A stretch of 64,000 nucleotides of DNA from the NCBI GenBank assembly GCA_017499595.2, contig CM039004.1:1364001-1428000 (forward strand). The letters are read 5' to 3'. The position numbers were made by a program, and so were the translations under genes. Origin of the DNA: Psilocybe cubensis (taxonomy: Eukaryota). Under the pieces are notes generated by a model, which saw only the letters and a program-made list of their open reading frames with translations, made no database searches and was not told the DNA's origin. Shown in pieces: positions 11,201 through 22,302 of the stretch (its first letter is position 1; every line of letters starts with the position of its first letter).

Positions 11201-12646
11201 CTTTGACAACTGAATAAAATTCTTTAGCAATTGGCTTTGCGTGATTTTGATTTCGCGATCTTCGGACACAACCCAACCACTAGGAGTATCTTCCATAAGC
11301 CAGGCTTTGGCATAAAATACACCTTCTCGGAGAAACCATTGAATAGGAATGCAGCAACGTCCATCAATCAGCATAGTTGGTTCAAAGATGAAAAAATCAT
11401 TATTATTGAGCCGTATCATTGGAGTACCATCCTCAGGATTGATTTCACGCAGCCAACCCGAAGCTTGATAGGTTTCGCTAATCGATTTGCCCGTATCTTC
11501 AGGATAGAAGTAAAGGAACGGTCGGACTTGAGGATTAGACATTTCCTATTCAGATTGGTTAGAAATCAAAAGTATTCATTTGTAACATATAGATTCATAC
11601 CTGGGCAAGAATTTGAGACAGAGAATTTACAAAGTATACATTGCCCAGCTTGCCCTTGTACTCCTTCGTCTCAATTCCACACAAATTCTGCAATGCCTTG
11701 TTAATGCCTTGCATAGCCTTAACGCTAGGCACATCGTTGACGCCATTGATACGCAGTAGCCAGAGAAATAAATCCAGCTGACGACGTGAAAATAGTGATC
11801 GTGGAAGGTGCATCAAAACATCAAGAGAACAAGTCTGATTTATTGATTGAGCAGAAAATCTAACCGATGGCAGGCAAAGACTCACAATTTTATCAATCCA
11901 CAGATACCATTTTCGAGCTTCAGCCGGGTCGGTGTGAATACCGCGCATACGTTTTCGGGGCAAAGATTCATTATCAACTTGTTCAGTGTCTGATTAAAAG
12001 TTAAGGACTCAAACAATATGCGCTATTTAGACGTTACACACCTGAATTGGCTTGCTCATTGCTACTCTCAGAAAGCGGAGGACTGCCACCACCATCATCA
12101 GATCCATCACTCTCGTTATTAGAATTTAGAAAATCCAGAGTAGCTTGACATATTTGGGCAGACGCAAAGTCGATGGGAGATGGATCCGACATAATTTCAT
12201 CATCGTTGAATAGATTCCAGTCAATCCTGGTGAGTGGAGAGACCGTCGACAAAGTGGTTGAAGAAGGTGCAGCCGAGACCCTAGAAAGGCGAGGGTCATT
12301 GGCAGGATACAAAGGCTGGTGTGGTTGACGAGATGCAGACACAAGAATTGCACGTAAGGCGTCCTCTAACAAAAGGGACTTGTTAACCGGTGGCAACGAG
12401 GTTTGTGAAGAAGCAGAGGATTTCTCTTTGGTATGAAATGCCTGCAGAGCTGTTTGGTGTTTTGTGGTGTTGAAGTGCTCATTGAGGTGGTGTTTTTGGC
12501 GACCTTTTGTATCTTGACAGACCCGGCAATAATAGAGTGTTTGACCGTGTACAACTTGTCGTTGAACGACTATTCTTAATTCAGCCGAGTAGTAAGGTGG
12601 ACCGAGAGTGATGTCACTAACCAGCAGGGTCAATGCCGAAGACCAT
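8232..12646 (-). CDS. Multi-exon CMC/CACTA-related DDE transposase with N-terminal C2H2 zinc finger; probably degenerate
   Basis: Exons splice to YYCRVC...LNEHFNTTKH (Zn finger), LWMYCDDTSGNQSKKWNKH (first D), LLGDNPMHSEF...KYFCQIC (second D plus CxxC), DTPVKILHVVLLGFVKYFW, SLTGRDFR, KFHIILHLPEHVRRFGP...ATESFESFN (H-x3-H and catalytic E) and NTQHDC. Probable ATG at 12646. Possible 1-bp frameshift near 11095. Confidence 0.85.
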
Positions 12647-13078
12647 TATTAGGCTGCCGTCAAATTAGCTGCCACAAAAAAAAAGAATCAGAACACGACT
12701 GTGGTAAGGAAGTGGATTTGAAGCTATAAAACAGAGACTCATTGACGCACTGGTTATTTTGTGATTTTTAACGCGGCTAAACACATCGCCGACGGATGCT
12801 AATTTTCAGTATTAAATTTGGTTTTATTTTGTAAATCTAAACGTATTTATTTGTAACTCCGATCGACGCCAAAAAAACAGTGGCGAAGGTCCCGCCGTGT
12901 ACCAATGACCAATTGCATCCGCCTGGCCAAGAAAGGCATTGTGCTTATGTATTTGCTGATCATCCTACAGCCAAACACAAATCTCGTTGAGTGAGCCATC
13001 ACCTTCAAGTCTTCCAACTGTTCGTTCCACTTACAACTCTGTCGCCTTCGATTATTGCCTCAGACATTGGCGGCAACT

Positions 13079-15013
13079 ATGGCAGAACTCACTCTAGATA
13101 CTTTGATGGATGATGGCAACTACTTGGGCACAGAAAGAGCCCGTTTAGAAAACAAAGTAATTCTCGATGAACTGGAGAGAAAGAAGAAAGCGCGAACGAT
13201 GGCCGTTCCTACAGATGATAACCGCGTCAAAGCCAGACTAAGAGAAATAGGGGAGCCCATTACACTTTTTGGAGAACGAGTAAGCGAATCATCAGTCAGA
13301 CTGTCCACTGTAACAAACGTTCTTACAGGCTGCAGATCGACGAGACCGTTTAATTTATGTTCTTTCTCAAATCAACGCTGCAAGAGGAGATGATGCTATG
13401 CACGTTGATGAAGAGTCTTCTGATGATAGCGAGGAGGAGGTGCCTATCTCCAATGCTACTCTGTCATGACGTTACTGACCACTTTATTTTCCAGGAGGAA
13501 GAATTCTATTCTCCGGGTTCATTGGAATTGTTGGAAGCACGAAGACGGATAGCAGAATTTTCTCTTCCCAGGTTGGATTTTGCTACCGATAGGTCAACTC
13601 AGACAAGGTGCTTACCATGTCCATATCCTTTTGTCTTTTCTTATAGAGCTCAAAAGCGGATCGCCCAGCAGCGAATAGATAGTAAAATGGATCTAGGGCG
13701 CATAGTTGACATTCGAAAAAAGGTCTTTGCGGAAGTCAAAGTGCGATACACACATTTTCATTAGGTATTCTCGACTCATACTTTTTATATCGCTAGAGAT
13801 TTTCAAACATGGGCTCACAAATCGGCGACGAACGTCCCATTTCTCAAGTACGATTTGCTCCCAATAATCAAATTCTTGCAACAGGGAGTTGGTCAGGGAC
13901 GGTGAAATTATGGAATGTACCATCATGTACTCCCATCCGTTCTCTACGAGGGCATAGCGATCGCGTAGGAGGCGTTGCATGGCATCCCCAAGCGACATTA
14001 TCACAAGGGGAAGACCTTGTGAATCTTGTCAGTGGGGGTGGCGAGGGCAGCGTGAACTTGTGGTCGTTAAACAGGTACATTGTTGACGTTGACACTCTTA
14101 TTGGCTTTTTTTTTACTTAGATCTGGTTTTTAGTGACAGTCCGATATCGGTATTAAAAGGTCATCAGGGTCGTGTCTGTCGCGTCGCATTTCACCCTTCC
14201 GGCGACTATGTTGCTAGTGCGAGTTTTGATACCACATGGAGGCTATGGGACGTCAATTCTTCAAAAGAATTGCTTCTCCAAGAAGGTCATTCAAAAGAAG
14301 TGTACTCAATCGAATTCCAGTGCGATGGCTCTCTGGTGGGCTCTGGGTAGGCAGCTTGTATGCTTTTAAATGCATTGTGTTTATAATCCCCGCTACTTTT
14401 AGTGGGCTTGATGCCATTGGGAGAGTCTGGGATCTACGAACAGGACGGACGGCCATGGTCCTAGATGGACACATTCAACCAATCTTTTCGATGGCATTTT
14501 CGCCTACTGGGTTAGGATTTGATATCATGCATTTTTAACTATCCACTAAGATATTCTCTATCTTGCAGTTACCAAGTAGCCACAGGGGCCGGAGACGACA
14601 CGATACGCATATGGGATATGCGTGCGATCAAATCCATATATACCATCCCCGCACACGTCTCCAATGTGTCTGACGTGAAGTTTTTCCATTCTAACGACCT
14701 TCACTTCAAACGACCCACTCCTCCAGACATCAGCATGAACGGCACTGACGAAAGCGAGGCCAAAACTGATGTACCTGAAAAAGAATATGCCACTTTAGAA
14801 GAAGAATGGCGTTACCGATCAGGATTATTCTTTGCTAGCTCTGGATATGACGGATTCGTGAAACTATGGAGCGCGGATGATTGGCAGTTGCTGAAAAGAC
14901 TGACAACAGATGCTGGAAAGGTCATGTCAGTGGATATATCTAGTGACGGCAACATGCTCGTATCTGGTACTTATAATCGTAACTTCCAACTCTTTACCCC
15001 GGAAGAGGTCTAA
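13079..15013 (+). CDS. PRP4: U4/U6 snRNP WD40 protein Prp4
   Basis: PRP4-like motif [25 protein letters not shown], then [15 protein letters not shown] and WD repeats ([42 protein letters not shown]). Multi-exon. Confidence 0.93.
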
Positions 15014-15097
15014 ACCATGCGATTATACTACTTAAATAACAATGCTGAGGTTGCAGATGTGCCATATAATATACAGTGATAAAAAATTACAAACAGA

Positions 15098-17942
15098 CTA
15101 TATAGTACCGTCCCGGACCTGGAAATTGTGGATAAGTGAATAGTGAGATTATGGGATAGGTTGAGACATACCTTTTGCATAAAACCCGAAACTCGACCAA
15201 GATCTATAACCGATATTTCGCTTTCAAGGGCAATAACAAGATTGTCAAGCATCTTCAAGCAAATATCAGGGACACGAAGTAGATACCAAAAAATTCACTT
15301 ACGTCCTCGACCTTGTCGATGGGGAGACCAGTACACAGAGCAACAATTTTCTTGCATTGGTACTCCTTTTCTGCAGTGGCGCCTTGCAGGCCTTTTAACC
15401 GGGCCTTGACAAGTTCTTCCATCCGTGTATGCCAGGCCTTCAATCTTCTCAATTTAATCAAAGTCGCCACGCTATCGGCAGTTGGCAATGGAGGCTCTGA
15501 GTCGACGCTAAAAGAAATGTCGACAGATCCACCGATCCCCACCATCGTCGAACCAGCACCACGATACTGAAACGCAGGTCCTGCTGATTCTCGACCATCA
15601 TTTCCATCCAAATCTGTCCGCCCTGTCCAGTCAAACGAATCTTCATCCCCGATGGCTCTCTCAACGTTTCGGACACGTTGGTTGACTTGGTCAAGTTCAG
15701 CACAGCGTGATTGCCACAATTGTATTTGTTTCCGCTGTTCAGAAAGTTCACGGGTAGCAGCACGTAGATGAGCTTGTGTTACATCGAGGGCATCTTGTTT
15801 GGTCTTGATTTCTCCTTGGAACTCAGCACTAAGGTTTTGGATCATAGTAGTCATATCTATGTGTAGGTTGTTTTAGAAAAGAGAAAGTGTATAGAGCAGG
15901 ACAAGGGCTTACCTGCGATTACATCTTGGCTTTTTTGCACTGTTGGAGGAGGCCCCGAGCGCAATGATGCCAAAAGATCTTCTGCGCGAGGACCACCACT
16001 CAATTCCTATTGAAAGTCGTTAAATCAACGTATTCACGTGTGTGTCCGTGGACGGCATGCTTACTTCAGTTTCCACTCCAAAATCACCAGGTCGCAAGCC
16101 CAATTTATTGGGTAATATTCGATTGGCACCAACGTCCAGTAAGATCCTGACCAAGCTTCGATTGCCTACTCTGGCAGCAATGTTCAGCGCCGTATCACCA
16201 TGTTCATCCTGGAGGTCAACGATTGATCGGAAGTCTCCCCCCTGCTGCTGTACAATCCACATAAATATTTGTTCAAGATAATATCGCGCTGCACTAGCAC
16301 GACCTTTGACACCAGCAAGGGAGACGATGTGATGAAGAACGGACTTCCGAGAGGTGTCGAGGGTATGGATGGATGGATAAAGACTAGCGACGAGGATCGG
16401 GAAGGATTGCTGGTCACTATTATTTGTGGCAAGGCATGCTCGAATCAGAGGTGTCTCTCCTAAGAAGTTGCCGCGGTGAATATCTGCCCCATTCTCTTTC
16501 AAAGCTTCAACTGTTTGTTGTCTAGCCAGACTGGCTGCTAAATGAAGAGCAGTATGTCCCTGATCATCTAGCACAATATCGACGTCGACATTGCCAGAGG
16601 GGTCGGGATTAGAGGGGTCGGATGATATTTCTCGAAGGAGATCAATGACTACAGATGAATCATCTCGTTGGCAAATTGATGCAATGACTGCTGTACGCCG
16701 ACTATCTTTGTAGTGAGAAACGGGTTCACCTGGACGCGGCATGGCAGGTTTGGAGGCAAATCGAGTGCGCTGTACGTCGGTTTCAGATGCATTTGTCGCC
16801 TTGATTGCAGTGCCATTGGTAGTAGACATAGAACTGGAAGGTCGAGGCGTGCCATTTGGGTTCTGTTGTGATGTGGTTGGATGATTTGTTTGTGGCCGCG
16901 ATATCCAGTTGGTAGATTGCGAAGAACTTGTTTCTTGGGGAACTGAATTGGTACGAGGGCGTTTGGCGGGCGATGCGTTTTCATCTCCATTTGCTTGGGA
17001 ATTAACAGAACCTGGCCTTGATAAATGTGTATAATCTTTAGGTGTAACACCGATGTAAGTATACCGTTGAAGCCTTAAAATGAGCACCAACAGACCTGTA
17101 GCCGGAATGTTCAAAAATTCAGCATCAGCTTCTGAGTGAGTTCTTTTCAAACCCGCAGTCGGCGGAGGTGTCTGTGAGCTGGAGAAGGCCCCTGATTGAT
17201 ATGGACCAGGAGAGATAAAACCAGAAGATCTAGTTTGAACAAGGCCAGACTGTCCAGATGTGGAAGGCGTGAACAGTCCTTGGGCTCTACCTTGATTTAG
17301 TAAGCGAAGAGCGGAACCGGGCATGATGGGAGGTGGTGCAAGCGAGGAGGGAAGAGCTGCCATATAATTGCCAGCAGCGCCAATACTTGAGTATGACGAC
17401 GACGCTGACAGTGGGCGAGGAGATGCAGTACCAGTAGGGGCACTAACCGGTAGAGCACCTAGAGAGTTGGTAGTCGGGGTAAAATCGAATAAAGGCGACA
17501 ATAAAGGCGCGACACCATACTGAAGTGCAATGTCACGCCCCCTTTCAAGCGGAATCCTTATGAAGAGAAAAGACTGTTACGCGTTTTCTGGTTAGCACAA
17601 AGGAAACACGTACCAGGTTCCCTGATATTTGCCATATCCACCTTGGACGATTTCGTGTTTCCCAGGCAAAATTTCCTTCTCAAGGATCTTCGTACGACGG
17701 CCTTTGTCGACTCCAGCCACTTTAAGGATCTGTGTCGCGTTGACGTAGGAGTCGTTCCTCCTACGCATCACTGCAATACCTCGGACCATGCACTCATAGA
17801 CCTGTGACCAACAAGACGCGACCGTGTCAGAAAGGCATTGGTGATAACGGAGCGACGACATTACCTGGACTGATGAGTATACTGCATTATATATTTTTAC
17901 AGGCGGCTGAGTACTTCCTGGAGTTCTGGGACCTGCCTGCAT
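15098..17942 (-). CDS. APSES/KilA-N plus ankyrin-repeat cell-cycle transcription factor (Mbp1/Swi4/Res1-like)
   Basis: [40 protein letters not shown]...[12 protein letters not shown] (APSES domain); ankyrin repeats [12 protein letters not shown] and [17 protein letters not shown]-terminal coiled coil ending GFMQK|VRDGTI*. Confidence 0.93.
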
Positions 17943-18038
17943 TTTGGTAAGTTCTGAGAGGCGAGTTGGACAATAGAGACTAGGATTCCCTATTGATGGC
18001 GGCAAAGGAGGTCAGGTGTCTTGTGCCACAGGCCCACA

Positions 18039-18060
18039 ACGCGCGACAACGCGTGCGTCG
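18039..18060. promoter_or_regulatory. Clustered MCB-like elements upstream of the APSES transcription factor
   Basis: acgcgcgacaacgcgtgcgtcg contains ACGCG and a perfect ACGCGT (18049-18054), about 100 bp upstream of the ATG at 17942. Confidence 0.4.
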
Positions 18061-18361
18061 GAGCTGAAATTGACAAGTGCCATTCTTGGCCGAGCTTTCT
18101 CTCTTTCTCCACTCTAGTAAGGGACCTCTGACGATATCACACCTTTTAATCTCTTCAATTTGTCAACACCTTGTCAATTCTCTTTCACAGAGGTAGTCAT
18201 ATATCAGTACTGACGTGATTGAGGGGCTTTCGCTATTCCTCCGCTTCGGCCGCCCTTATTCGGTGTGTTCAACACTGATTGATATATTCTCATCACCGTT
18301 AAGTTAATCCTTATAAACAGACACTCGTCCATGTTTCCTCTGTGCACAATTTGCAACTATA

Positions 18362-21300
18362 ATGTCAGAATCGCAGCCTGAGCTTCAGCCGCTGTTGAGC
18401 CCGTTAGTCCTCAAATCTCTTCGTTCTTCAGTCTCAGATCAACAACATTGACACTGTCTTAGCGAACAGGTAGCATCAACCCCGGTGTATCCCATAATAC
18501 ACATGATTCGTGCGGTGTGTGGTATTTAGCGTTTATTTCACATACATACACTTATATTGTTTTCAGGATGTTATGGTACGCATGCATATTCTTGACTAGT
18601 TTCGAATTGAATCGTCAAGCCATAAATGCCCCTAGCACTATATTGGTCTGTTATTGAGACTTTGAACTGGACGTATGATACTAAAATATTGACTTTAGAC
18701 ACACCTTTGACGTATACTTCGGTAATCTTGTCACACATTTTTCTAACTCCTTTGTCTGATTCAAAATTTGATTAGCTCACATCTCCAGACCTAACTTACA
18801 CCCTTGTCCGCCCTTTGGTAGACAAATACCTTGCAATTCAAGACGAAGGCAATCTGTCCGTCGTATTTTGCTTTCTAATCAACTGTGTACATTTTATCCG
18901 TGATGACAACGTGGCTACAATGTCATTGTCGCAGTCTCGAGCCAATCTATGCGAAATTTTGGCAACACGAGTTTTCCGCGAAAACGCCAACAATCTTCTG
19001 CATCTTACAATGGCACTAACAACAAGTTGGCCTGTCTACTCTGGAGTAGATGCAGCATTGATTACCCGGGCAAGAGACGAAAGGGATGATGATCTAGAAG
19101 ATCATGTTGGTAACGCCATAGAAATGGCCATATTGGGCAAATCAAAGCGATTCATTAAGAGTTCTTCATGTCAAAAGGTTATTGATGCCATTTGGTCGTA
19201 AGTACAACCTCATTCGCTCTCAATAACCTTGCCAACTGTGATATTTCTTTTGTCAGTGGAAAATGTGTATATCAAGCGCAAAGCAGTCACTCTATTCTTT
19301 CAGATGTATGTTTCTCGGATCCTTTACCCACATACTTTTTGAGTATTTTCTAGACGTACAAACGAAATCCAATTCATTTTTACGACCCTCACAAAGCCCC
19401 ATTATTGGATCATTATCGGTTGGTTACATCCTTAAGTAGAAGGAAGCACTGCTAATCTTCATGTAGTCTCAAAGTACCCTCAATACGTTCTGTGCTTGAC
19501 TATCTAAAGCATGTTCCCCTTTGGTTAAACTGACATTGGTTTTATTGACAAGTCAAGCACAGCTTCCTAATTTTGTTTATCCTCTTCGTTGTTGCCATTG
19601 AATTCAATGAACGGGATCGAATTAATGCATCTGAAGTTTTGTTCATGGTCTATGCATTGGGTTTCACTCTGGAAAAGGTTGCAGCTATGCAGGAACATGG
19701 TATCAAAGGTTGGTCGCTCCAGCTTACTGACGCGTTGCGAGGCTAATTGAATTGAACCACGCCAGTCTATTTCAAAGGAACATGGGTAAAAAATGAACTA
19801 TCTTCAGTGGTTGCATTTCTAATGAGTCACCAAGAACGGATTTGATTTGGCTTTTGGTCGGTTTAAACTTTCATAAATCAATAGATCGAAATTCTCACCT
19901 GTGATCAATCAGTTACAACCTTTCTCATATATACATTCCTCCGACTATATGGCGTTTATCATCATAGTACGCTCGAAACGCAAGTATTTTACTTGGTCTG
20001 ATGCAATAACAGAAACATGGGCCCGAATACTTGGGATTGATGTTCTTGCCCTCATTGCGTGTCTCATGTTTCCAAGGTACATGTTGTTTATACTTCTAGC
20101 AGCCACCTTCTCATAGATTATTTCCTCTACAGGCTGGCCTTTGTCACTTTCAAGGACAGCTTGCTGGTCCTATCTCTACGTGCAATGATCATGCAGTTCA
20201 TGTTTCTCATGGTTATTGCGGCCTTCTGTTTTTGTGGTTTTTTATATGCATTATGGACGTAAGTAAAACTGCATGTGGATAGAAAGGTTTCCTCTGCTAA
20301 ACGTACTTGAAACCCCTCAGTCTCAGTCGTGATGATGCTTCGTAAGTGTCGGTCTGCATTTGATGGTTATTGGCATTAAATACATTTTCATATAGCTACA
20401 GTGCAGGGTTTGTGAACTGTTAGTACCTCGTGTAGCATGTTAATAAGCCGTTGTATGTATAGATTGATAGCGTGGTGGATGCTTGACCTCTGGTTCGGGC
20501 TTGACGCCAGTGGATTTGACAGAGCCAGTGAGCCCTTTTGTTGCATATATCTAGCTCTTAATTATCCTTACACGGTCTCAAGCCACATTTCACCCAATTT
20601 TCGGACCTGTATTGATGGTCACGTATGCATGCCTAAGCAACACACTCCTGCTAACAGGTTTGTTTTTTATGTTTGTTCTATTTTCTTGTATATGCTGAAT
20701 TTGCTTTGCAGTACTTGTATCCGTACGTCTTGATAAATATGTCTCTCTCTTCGCCAATCAATAACTTTGATAGATACTCTCGAATACATTTGCTTCGGTT
20801 AATGAAGATGCTGCAGCAGAGGTTGGTTTGTTTATTTTCTGAACGCATTAACCATCTCTAAATTTCTGGTGTCTAGGCCATGTTCAGAAAAGCTGTTTCT
20901 ACCATAGAAGGGTAAATCGTGATGTGTCAATTGATTGTACATCTATTAACCTGCTTTTTAGTGTCAAAGCAGATTCATTATTTTCATACCAACCTCCTGT
21001 CAACTTGATAGCGCTTTGCATCATGTTACCCGCTAGTTATATCCTTTCTCCACGATGGTTTCACAAAGTGTGTCTTTCATGTTATGATTTTTCAACAAAA
21101 AATTTATCCTTGCTAGGTCAATGTCTTCATGATAAGGCATGTAGTACCTGTACAGCTGTTTCATTAAGGTTGACCGAAATTTCGCAGATTGACAAGTTTT
21201 CCTATTTTGTTAGTAATTTCTCTTTACGAGCGACAGTCGAAGCAGGCAGGCACGACCAACTTGTACGAGACGCTCGCTCATATGGCAGAGAAAGCATTTG

Positions 21301-22170
21301 ATACCCTCCCACGTTCATTAAAAAGAATGAGTATGGCCCTTGATTTGATCTATGGAATAGCCCCAGCTTACACCCCCTACAGCTTTTTTTGAGGGTCTGG
21401 CAGGTGCCGATGCAGACATTGATGCCGTGCGTCCAGGAAGGTGTCTTGGGTTATATGTTAAGCTCACGTAATTGCAGGTGTTCGATCTGGAAGACGAATT
21501 TGGGAATGAGAGTGCATTGGACACTGGCGATAACGGTAATGGGGTTTCCATTCGTTCTCAACGACGTTTATCAGGACACTCGACTCGAAGAGGAAGGGTT
21601 GTTCGACAATCTTCGCCAGGGAGAATGCCTCGATATTCAACATCACCCCAGAGAATGCCGAGGCATTCTTCTCCTTCAAAACCTATTCCACAAGCGCGTG
21701 CAAGACTTAATTCTGCAATGAATCACGAAAACTTTAGTCCATTGGCACAAGTGTTTAATCCGCTATTGGTTGAAGATGATCACATCACGGATCAAGGTCC
21801 TGCTATGTCTTCAGGAATTAGCTATGGTCCCGCCACGAGGAGAAGATTAACTTCTTTCGTTGCGTCGAACAAAAATCTTGCCCCTGATATCTCAATGCCC
21901 TCAATTTCAAATCCATCTAAAAAATTTGGCGACAAGAGTTCTCCATCCGAACAAGGCATTTTGATATCAGGAAGCCACGATCTTCTTCAACCTCCTCAGC
22001 ATATATCTACCGCAACAGAAATAAAAGACGCGGCAGAGGAGGACACCGGAGAGAGTCGGGAAGAATCTGCAATCATAAGCAGGTTGGAGGAGATTGAAAG
22101 GCGCCAACAGCGAATAGAATCACTGCTGACACGTATTTCACACAGCATTGATAGTAAGAAAGTGGATTGA
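18362..22170 (+). CDS. TRP/Yvc1-like cation channel, very intron-rich
   Basis: Spliced DVMHYIDTPLTYTSLTSPDLTYTLVRPL..., FYDPHKAPLLDHYRLKVP, several hydrophobic TM exons (LIACLMFPRLAF, MIMQFMFLMVIAAFCFCGFLYALW, WWMLDLWFGLDASGF), ADSLFSYQPPVNL, and C-terminal coiled coil RLEEIERRQQRIESLL. Confidence 0.75.
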
Positions 22171-22302
22171 AATTTCATAATAACATAAACTACATCCCAG
22201 ATAACTGTACATCAATCTTTCCTCGGAGCAAGCGTATATATAAGGTCATAGCATACACCCACAGAGCAAAGTGGTCAATATCAGGGGTATCATGAATAGT
22301 CA

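Larger units (their letters stand above)
1698..12899. mobile_element. About 11.2-kb CMC (CACTA/Mirage/Chapaev)-like DNA transposon carrying a TET/JBP dioxygenase and two cargo genes
   Basis: Left end TA|CACAGGCGG (1696-1706); right end CCCGCCGTG|TA (12891-12901; reverse complement CACGGCGGG). Subterminal inverted match GATGTGTTTGGCCG (1725-1738) vs reverse complement of 12774-12787 GATGTGTTTAGCCG (13/14). Contains a DDE transposase. Flanked by unrelated housekeeping genes. Confidence 0.75.

Noticed and set aside
8232-12646. Calling the transposase KDZ (Kyakuja/Dileera/Zisupton) because of the adjacent TET/JBP gene
   Set aside because: I see no KDZ-type CxC domains or YDIxC-like motif; the motifs and ends fit CMC-like elements better. 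An HMM search is needed to settle it.
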